Part shown: positions 55,374 to 64,000 of the stretch, piece by piece
Position numbering within the stretch: the first letter of the stretch is position 1
Layout: the number at the start of each line of letters is the position of its first letter
Assembly: GCA_009602735.1 (NCBI GenBank)
Contig: WELA01002258.1
Location: 651,546-715,545, forward strand
Source: Mesotaenium endlicherianum
Lineage: Eukaryota
Direction of reading: 5' to 3'
DNA: 64,000 bases
The notes under the pieces: model-generated
What the model saw: only the letters and a program-made list of their open reading frames with translations
What the model was told of the DNA's origin: nothing
The model's database searches: none
Translations under genes and position numbers: made by a program

Positions 55374-56617
55374 TGTCGCGACTGTTATCCACTTGACGGT
55401 GCCGCACGCGCAGTGCAAGTCACGGCCGCCAAGGTACGGGAAGTCAGCATTGACTCACCGAGCAGAGGACCGAGTCAGCGGTCATGTTGAAGTCGTTGTC
55501 ACTGTCAAAGTGGTCACGACATGTCACACCCACACCCTGGATGGGATGGGGATGTGGACCGAGTGGTCAGCCGAAAGGCTAGAGGCATGGAACCAGCAAT
55601 GAGCCAGCCCAGCGAGTGCCAAGAAAGGTACTGATCAATCGATGATCAATCGACTATCCAAGCCAAGTACAGCAGGGATGTTGCAAAGGGCGTTGTGTGC
55701 CGCCTCGGCTAGGCCCTCAGGTGACTGGTCACGGCCTGAGCATTCATCCTAAACGCTGCCAGCCAGCCACATAGGCGTGATTGTTAGCTGGAAGGCTAAG
55801 TGGTCACGCGCAACAGTTCCAAATGCATGCATGCATGCCGAATGACAACTTCTAAGCTATGTGAGAGCTGCTGGGTAAGGACGGCATGCAAGCTAAGCGC
55901 TGTGACTAAGCACTGGTATTCTCAAAAGAAGACAGTGTGTGGTGCTTGTGAAAGGCACGAGTCCTGCCTGAAGCTGCCTCATTCTTGCTCGCATTGTTGT
56001 CAAAGGAAGCTGAAGAAGCAGAAGGAGCGCAAAGGAGGAGGAGTTCCCAAGGCCATAGAAGGGCCGAGGCGCCACGCTTCTACCGACGCTAGAAGATTTC
56101 TTCCCAAGTGTATCATAGAAAGGTTAGGCCTTAGGAGTTCCCAAGAGAGGATCTCGCTGGTGGAAAGTAGAGAGCTGCAGAATAAAATTTGTTAGGAGAT
56201 TAGCACAGATTGAGGTCAAATGTTGCAAGCGTGCAAGGGTCACTTAAAATGGGGAGTGCTGTGGTAGTCTCCCAGTTCTCGGAAGTCTCTATTGTCGAAT
56301 TGCTGATAGCAAGAGTAGTATTAACAAGTAAAGCTCTCAGTGAAGAACTGAGTGAGCTCAGCCAAGCAGTGAAGAGCTGTTAAGGCGCGGTGTTGAGCGA
56401 AGAGCTCAGACCAGGCCAGCATAGATGTGCAGTTCAGAGTTTTGTAAGCTGTGACTCGTAAAATTTAAGCGAAAGCCTTGAAGGGCAATATTCTCTGAAC
56501 TTGACATTGCCTGTGAAGCTGCTTAGACGTGATTTCTGCAAACAACAAACTTGTTCATTCTGTAAACCCTCAACTTGGGCGAAAGCCTATGTGGAAGTAA
56601 GATGCTTCTGTCCTACT
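55374..56617 (+). repeat. Repeat A2
   Basis: Diverged direct repeat of 44863-46086. Confidence 0.88.
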
Positions 56618-56910
56618 TGTAAGGAAAACTGAAGATAAGCTATCTTTTCAAAATTTTTTGCTAAGTGTTGAATGAGGAACTGGTTGAACATGTGAAGCAC
56701 TGAGTGTGGGATGCCTCACCGCATGATGCAAGTGGAGGAAGACCAGGAATGGGTCAAACCCCAACGAGTCTGTCACCGACACACGTGCAAGGGACGATCA
56801 ACGCGGTCGATCCCCACGTGCAGCGACGCATCGACACGTCAACCAAGTCGAAGGCACACGTGCTGAGAAGCCACGCACGCGCCAGGGGTCCGACGCTGTT
56901 AGGCACAAAA
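56618..56910 (+). repeat. Repeat B2 (right terminus of the element)
   Basis: Diverged direct repeat of 55069-55371. Ends TTAGGCACAAAA at the same position where B1 runs into A2. Confidence 0.85.
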
Positions 56911-59310
56911 AGATCACCTGAGGGCTCTAATCAATAGAAAACCAAATGTATGGATGATGTATAGATTCTTCTAGCAATTACTTTGATTATTTAGCTCAAA
57001 ATGCTCAAAACACAACCAAATTGTTCTGATATGTTGTATGCATAAGGTCATCGTCAAGAATATTCTGTGAATACACGTTCAAGTTTTAAAGGTCTTGTGA
57101 GCACGTAAGTATATTGAAGCGTACAGATGGTAGAGGAATTTCATTTTGTTCACTCGTATTTGAAACTATGCTTTCAGAAGGCACCTGAAGTTGCCCATAG
57201 TTTACGTGGAATGTCATGAACAAAGAGGTTTGCTATGGATTGTGGTACTGATGGGTACAGATTAGAATTTGGTATCAATTGGTATTAACCTCAAGCGACA
57301 ACATACAAAAGGTCAACCAACAAGGTTGTGGAGTTAGTTGAACACATCACTCGCCAAGATTTGCTCCTCCGAGTTTGCCCTCATATTAAGGAAATGTAGC
57401 AAATGTACTTAACAAGTCCAGCTCTTGACCTCAGCTCAGCTATGCCTGTCACCACATGCAGCTCGTTCTTCCAGGCACCATAGATCTTCCTGTTATGCTC
57501 TTTCCACAGTTATTGCACCTCCAACTCCTGCTCATCCACCCATCCGCAAGCAATCTTGCGCATATGATCTTACTGTAGTCTATATCTTTACTCCTCCCCA
57601 GAAGGTGCTGGTAGCTTACAACTTTCAGCCAATAGGAGCGTCTCATACTCCCACCTTTAAACTTGGTTCGTCTCAAGATTCCTAGCTTTATCTTTGTCTT
57701 ATTGTGGTTCCTCCGATACACCCCTCTCAACACGCCCTCCTGTAGACGTTGCTCTCATACCTGCATGATACATCAATCCCCTCTTTTCCACAATGCCTCG
57801 AATAGGCACTCAGTATTCTCCCTCTCCATGCAGCTCTGTCCCTTCTTCTCTGCCACCTTTCCCTTCTGCTCAGACACAAGCACAGCCACGGACACGATAT
57901 TTTGTATCTCTTTGGCTCTTATGAGAGGTCCCTTACCTTCAATAGCCAAGACGTTATGGCTAATTTTTTGAGTTGAGGGTGCAGTTGTCGGGCATATCAT
58001 TGATGCAAAAATTTAGCTTAGCATTAGCTCTTCCAATAGCTTCCCCCCTTGTACTCTGAATTCCATAATGAAGGCCAATTTCTTACTTAATAACTGTCCT
58101 TAGATGTTCTGGCCCACCTCTGCTCTTGTGAGGCAATGCCGCTAAAACGAATTTGCATTTACTCCAAACTCCTCTCGAGATGTATATCCCATGTCCTCCT
58201 TAGACATCTCTTTCATAATGTCCTGCAGCATTACTTCCAATCTTCTCAACTCTCGCTTAAAGAGCGGACAAGTCCTTTTGGCCAGTTTGCCAAGTGTTTC
58301 TCATACTCGATGCGAGCATCAACTATATACGGCTCTACACTCTCTTGCATAGTCGAGTTCACATTGATCTGGTATTCCTTACCAAAAGGCTCTGGCGCTT
58401 CTTCAAAATACTCCTCTCACATGTTCATTTGTTTTTTCCTCTCATACAGACATAACCCAGCCTCGCACAAGCATTAAAGAAAGAGAAAAAGCAGCCACAA
58501 GATAGGCCTATGGCAGCAGTAAAAAGAGGAACTGAAAATGCCACAACAAGGCCCAATTGCAGTACTAAAAAGAGCCAAAAACAAGTCCATGAAAAAGCCT
58601 GAATGTAGCAAAAAAGAAAAGGAATAGATGCAACCATGACACAACCCCACACAAGCACTAATAAAAGAGAAAATGAGCCATAACATAGCCCAATAGCAGC
58701 ACCAAAACAACCATAGCGAAGTCCCATGGCAACACCGAAACTTACCCAAAAACCAGCACAAAATAAAAGCAGCACTAAAAGAGCCATGAAGAGGATAACA
58801 GCACCCTCAAAAGTCCCTTGGATGATGGCATTACCTCAAAAAGACGCCCTAGCATGATGATGCTTGTCAAAAACCGTGTCTGACATCACATCTTCAACTC
58901 CAAAGACGACTCCTTGCGGAAAAGTGCAAGAGGCTTGTGGTGGTTGCGGATGTACACAACCACTTGCTTACCCTGTCCACGAAGTCTTTGATCCAAGCTT
59001 CCTTGGTCATGTCTTCTAAGAGAAGATCCATACCATGAGCTCTGCACGCAGTCCATGTAATGTGTTGATACTCCACTTCAATGAGTTTGCCTGCAACACA
59101 TGAAAATGAAAAATAGTAGCAATGAGCATTACGGTATGACCAATTGCAATCCTGGCATACAACAATATTTTAAGGCTAAATTGCAATAATAACCAGACTA
59201 ACAATATGCACAATAGTTGTCACAAGCACTCAAGCAATGACTTTATATGCTAAATGTGGCATGGCTAGCAGGCTGTAGTTGTTATAGCAACCTTTAGCTG
59301 GCACCTCAAA

Positions 59311-59640
59311 GTATACAGCAGCCAGCGGCTCAAAATATATAACAGGCAACACTTAAAAATGTATACCAGCCAGCAGCTAAAAAAGTATAGCAGCCAGCAA
59401 CTTGAAAACTAGACCATCCAGCAGCAAACAATATACACCAGGCAGCAGATAGGAATATACAGCAGTCAGCAGCACAAATTATAGAGCACGTAGCAGCTAC
59501 GAATATATAGCAACCAGCAGCACAAAAAAAAAGAGCAAGCAACAACCACAAGTGTACAACAACCAGCAGCACGAAGTATAGAGCAGGCAGCAGCTACAAA
59601 TGTTTAGCAGCCAGCAGGTGCATACAAAGAGCAGAGTATT
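59311..59640. repeat. Degenerate ~24-bp minisatellite
   Basis: About a dozen units resembling TATA(C)AGCAGCCAGCAGCTAAAAA. A looser A-rich repeat lies at ~58480-58800. Confidence 0.7.
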
Positions 59641-60216
59641 GTAAAAAATTGCACCACTATAAAATTTTTGTGGTGCAAACTTATAAAGCATATTGACATG
59701 CACAAATAATGAGAATTAAGTAGAAGTACTATACCTCCAGCTTTGCACACAACTGTTGAATCAGTGCAGACCTGAAGAATGTTGTCAGCACTGAGCTGTT
59801 AATGACCTCGCAGAACAAGGAAGCAGGGTAGGCAGCACTCTTGGTCATATTCTCAGTATTGACGGCCTTGAGGAAGACCTCGCCCTCGGGAGAAGCAGCA
59901 ATGAAGTTGATGAGGGGCCTATTTGTATAGTCAGTCCACCCGTCAGACGTGCCGGTGAACTTGTTGACTCTAGCCCTCTTGATGAAGTGCGCCACTTGCT
60001 TATCTGTAACAGCAGCTTCTTTGTCCAGCAAAACAATTCTCAAGCGGTTAACCTTAGGAGGCATGTGTACAGAACTAGCCTTCACAATAACTCTAATGCT
60101 TCTGAATAAGATAAGCTATTGGCAACAGTGAACGCCAATGCAATGTCAAAGAAAAATCTTGCTATGGCTTGATCAGCAAATTCTCTATGATTGATGTTGA
60201 AAGCGTCCTCCATAAT

Positions 60217-61426
60217 TGTAATGAATCAGTTCATTATTTATTTAAATAATTGCATGTATAAATACAACACTAAATAAGTATTATGTCAATATACTCACAG
60301 GCGCGAGTTCATTCAAATGAATGTATGTCGATATAATGCGAGTTTACTTACTTTGTCAAAAAGGTCAGCAGGATGACTTTTGTATCATTGTATAGTTTGC
60401 CGAGATTTATATATCAGTTATATATAGGATGTAATATCAGCAGGATAACATATAGTAAGCTCGCTTGATATTAGTCAGTATACTTAGCTTCAGTACGCTG
60501 AGGGTAGATATATTCATTTAGATTATTATTTGTAGATTGGCACATCTGACCGTAGTATACTGAAAGTCGGAAGGTCGACTGAGATTCGGTAAACCGATGT
60601 CCTACGAGTGTGGTTAACTCCTGGGTAGGCGGAGCCGTCGTCAGTCAACTGAACAATTAGGACTTTAGTCGACCGACCAATTAATATGGTCGTTATACCT
60701 AGATCCATGGGTCCCAACTTAACGGGTTTCCCACGAAACGGCGCACCTTGCGCCGTGGTCAACCAGGTGGTCACTAGGTACATAGCAGGCTGGGATCTCG
60801 TGGTCCCTCATTTTGGACAGTAGGCTTTACAGTCGGATTTCTACTTGCAAGTGATGTGTGCACTCTTTGTGTTCGTTCTAATGACCAGCCTTCACGGAAA
60901 TTAATATGGCTGCTTCGTCTGCGCTCCAAATGGAGCGAACTAGGACTTTTTAAAAACGTCTCGTTGAGATGCATCCATTGCCATTAAGTTTGCTCAATTT
61001 GGAGTAGTATTGGCAGAGTTATGCTCTCTGACATTTTGGGATCACACAGCGGACAGATTCCATGGTTTTGCACCTAAGTCAGTGGGATGTATTTTAGCTA
61101 CTTTATGGCCATCTGAATGAGAGCGCCTTTGCTATTCAGTCCCCTGATGTTGTGTATGTGCTTATACATGCTTGTATGCCTGGTAGGCAAGAGGCCATGA
61201 GTTTCTAAAGGAGAAGCTCTAGTCCTCAAGCTCGCCTCTTTCTTGTGCCTTGTATTAGTGTGCGACTAAGGCACAATACGGTATGGTGAGTCAAGGATTA
61301 TAGATTAGTAAACGGAATTCATTATAAGGGCAAAGATCGCTCCCTGATTTCACACGCTTCCACCTATCTCTGATCTTATATATTTAAATGAAATATATTA
61401 ATCTTGAATAAGCAAGATTCATTTCA
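60217..61426. mobile_element. Solo LTR (1210 bp) inserted into the hAT transposase
   Basis: Ends TGTAATGAATC...GATTCATTTCA (10/11 inverted match). 5-bp TSD ATAAT at 60212-60216 and 61427-61431. Removing it restores the transposase reading SQTIMEDAFNINHREFADQAIARFF. Confidence 0.85.
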
Positions 61427-64000
61427 ATAATAGTTTGACTACCACCCTGACTCAATACACCTGATGCATTGCCATGCTTATCATCTACGACACCAAGCAT
61501 ATGGCAGATTTGTGGCGCAACTCCCTGATGCAGCACAACTCATCTTCGTTCTTCTGCTTCAGAATCTTTGTCACATTATCTTCAAGCATAACCCTAGCCA
61601 TGTGGTTAACGACATCCTGGTTCACCTTGGGGCATATTGCGATGCCTCAACCCCTAATCTGAAACAAATACAGGCGGACTCTAGTGCATGCTTGAGACGT
61701 CTCAAAATCACAGAACCTGCATTGTACTCTGCCGTGCTTAGAACCCATAGAGTGAGGTATCAAGGTAACATACTCCCACTCTGAGCGCTCCCCATTAGAG
61801 AACGCGGATGCACAATGTTTCCCTGACAAAAAACAGAAAGGCACTCACTCTCCACAAATGAACACACACAAATGAACACACACAAAAATACCTGACAGAA
61901 CAAGCTAGCAGACAGCAATAAATAAACACACGTGAGATAGAGAACTATGAGACAACAAAAAATAGGAAGCGGCATTAAAGTAAAACAGCCAAGGCAATGA
62001 ATAAAAAGCATAAATAGTGGCTCCTCATCTTCCTGTGAGTCCATAAATGAGGGAGTCCCCACGGTCGGCCATCATCACAAATGCCCTAACTTAAAATACT
62101 AAGAGAATTTTGAACAACATTTTCAGTAATGGAGGTTGATCAAGAAATTGTGAATGCATTCAACTACAACAATGTAAACTTGTAGCAGTGAAGCATCTAG
62201 TGACAAAGCTGGTGCTACTTAATCTGAAGCGTCATTGTGTAGCATATCAACGCCGGTCATCGTAAGGTGATCCCAAATCTTGACAAGCTTACGCGTTAAA
62301 ACTTTACGGTTTGCCTGTCAGCCACTTCTCGCATAATCAACGATGACTGGACATGTTTTCACATTTTTTTGGTCAGGTTGTCAAAGCAAACAAATGTTTT
62401 ACTTCTAACACGCGTGATCAATTTATTTACCTTTTTCTTTGCCGCCAAATGTATTTAGCACGTTATACGCCAATGGTACACATAGTACGTGTGTACGTCT
62501 GTGTCATACGTATACGCCAAAAATGTATCCCATAACTAGGTCCATGCGTGCTCTAGTACTTATTGCGAAAGTGCTTTTCTTCCATGTAGTATCTTCCTAT
62601 TCACCTCTTCTAGCACCTAAATGTTAAGTGAGAGCAGGTGGAGTGAGGTGGAGCCAGGGAGCAGGGATGAGCAGGCCTTTCAATTTGAGGAAATCGTTGG
62701 AGTCTAGACATCCTTTTAATTTGACTGGAGTTTAAAAACAATAATCCAAATTGGCAAATAATATCAAATTAATATGACATCGAGAGGTATGGCTGGGCTG
62801 AGAGCAGTAGGAAGTGTTCACTGGGAAGACCTACTTGGGGCCACTTTGGACCACCACCAAGTTACAACATACAACCACTCAACCAATCAAATATATTATA
62901 TATATCTCCTCTCCCGATTATCACCCACCCACTCCACCCCACTCCACACGTCTGACAACAACGTCAACGCGTATAGACTATTGTTGAGTTTTGACCACTA
63001 CAAGTCTATCTTGGACACAGCCAAGCAATGTCATGTTCGTCAACCGAGTCGATTGTTGTACCCATTTGTAATAAGTTGTAGCACTTTGTAGGGTTGCTTT
63101 TCACAACTCTCGACTTGCGAGTCTTCACTTCCAACTCTCGAGACCCGAGCACTCCAACAAGGGTCCTAGTGTTAGATACACAAATAGATGCAATACTTTG
63201 TGACATGTACATTTTGTATCACACGTATGGAAAGAAACTTCAATTGACAAAAAGCCTACTTGTGGGATACTCGCGTGCTGGTTCGTGAGCGACAAATTAC
63301 ACATCGTATTTTGACATATTTTCAAAATACGCAAAATACGCGTCCCCACGAAGTAAAAATGAATCTTTGGCAATTTGATAATATAACAAAGGAATTTTTT
63401 AACTTTCACCACCTTCATGTCATAGTAAACTTTGTCCTCTACCATTTGCGACCAATCGCGCTTGAAGTTTTAAAGCACTTTTGAAAGTTGCAAGCCCTGC
63501 TAGTTTCTCCGAGAATTTTGGAAAAATGGATTACACACGTAATTCCTTTTTTACACGTATTATTGCAATAAGTATTTGTTTGACGTATCCTCCACATACG
63601 TACTCCATAACTGAGACAAAAAGTCAACATTGCTGACAGATAGACAATTCTAGATAAGTTTCCCAACGACTACACGCGTTGTCGCCCATTTAGGAGTCCT
63701 TGCTATGCGCTAATGAACGAATTATTTCTGATCCAAAAAGGACTACCAAGGTCCAACAAAAGTTTGAATTCATTCCTTATTTCCAATAATAACGTTTTCT
63801 GGACAAATTGTGTTATTTGCATTTTGTCATTTTTTCAATCTCATCAAGACAACAACGCTGGTGGAGGCGCTTTCCTATGAGCCACCATCCTTCCAGTGAA
63901 TGGAGTGAAGTTACAATTTGCTCTGCTAATCTCTCTCTGAATTTCTTCTTTGTCCTCTTAGACGCCTCTTGGGATGCCAATTATTACTCAAAGCCAGGAA

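Larger units (their letters stand above)
44863..56910 (+). mobile_element. Ty3/gypsy-type retrotransposon carrying a C5-DNA methyltransferase and a PHD-finger integrase, with split direct repeats (A1-ORFs-B1-A2-B2)
   Basis: Domain order gag-PR-DNMT-spacer-RT-RNaseH-IN-PHD. AGAT on both flanks (44859-44862, 56911-56914). The rejoined flanks match the uninterrupted paralogous sequence at ~14750-15340 (minus strand). PPT GAAAGGGAGGGG at 55057-55068. Confidence 0.92.
58850..61800 (-). pseudogene. Decayed hAT-family transposase (BED zinc finger plus DUF659-type core)
   Basis: BED-like EWEY...VQCRFCD...TRVRLYL...ICPK (~61630-61790); DQAIARFFF (~60150-60180); SDGWTDYTNRPLINFIAASPEGEVFLKAV (59729-60085); HITWTACRAHGMDLLLEDM (~59010-59076). 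Multiple stops and frameshifts; TIRs not identified. Confidence 0.85.

Noticed and set aside
44863..56910. DIRS/Ngaro classification suggested by split repeats plus a methyltransferase
   Set aside because: The element has a protease, a DDE integrase and a PPT, no tyrosine recombinase, and a C5 methylase rather than the DIRS adenine-type.
57360..58430. Purine-rich minus-strand coding-like relic
   Set aside because: Frequent stops and no recognisable family.
59311..59640. CRISPR-like array
   Set aside because: Degenerate contiguous minisatellite with no unique spacers or cas genes, in a eukaryotic context.

Overview
Eukaryotic DNA with spliceosomal introns and plant-type genes, probably from a streptophyte alga or early-diverging plant (inference). 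It contains: (1) a head-to-head pair of housekeeping genes, a UBC23/UBC24(PHO2)-type ubiquitin-conjugating enzyme (minus strand, runs off the left edge) and an 11-exon canonical poly(A) polymerase; (2) three paralogous 3-exon genes for an unrecognised ~190-aa secreted Cys/Tyr-rich protein, two of them in an inverted duplication; (3) a young, intact Ty1/copia element with a 5-bp TSD and an extra antisense ORF; (4) a ~12-kb, lightly decayed Ty3/gypsy-type element; (5) a decayed hAT transposase interrupted by a solo LTR. The gypsy element is the most unusual feature. It encodes a C5-cytosine methyltransferase inside its polyprotein and a PHD finger on its integrase. Instead of two normal LTRs it has split direct repeats (A1-ORFs-B1-A2-B2), and these carry covarying GAAGA-loop hairpins. 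A paralogous empty site in the same window confirms its boundaries. Identities are estimated by eye; no database searches were run.
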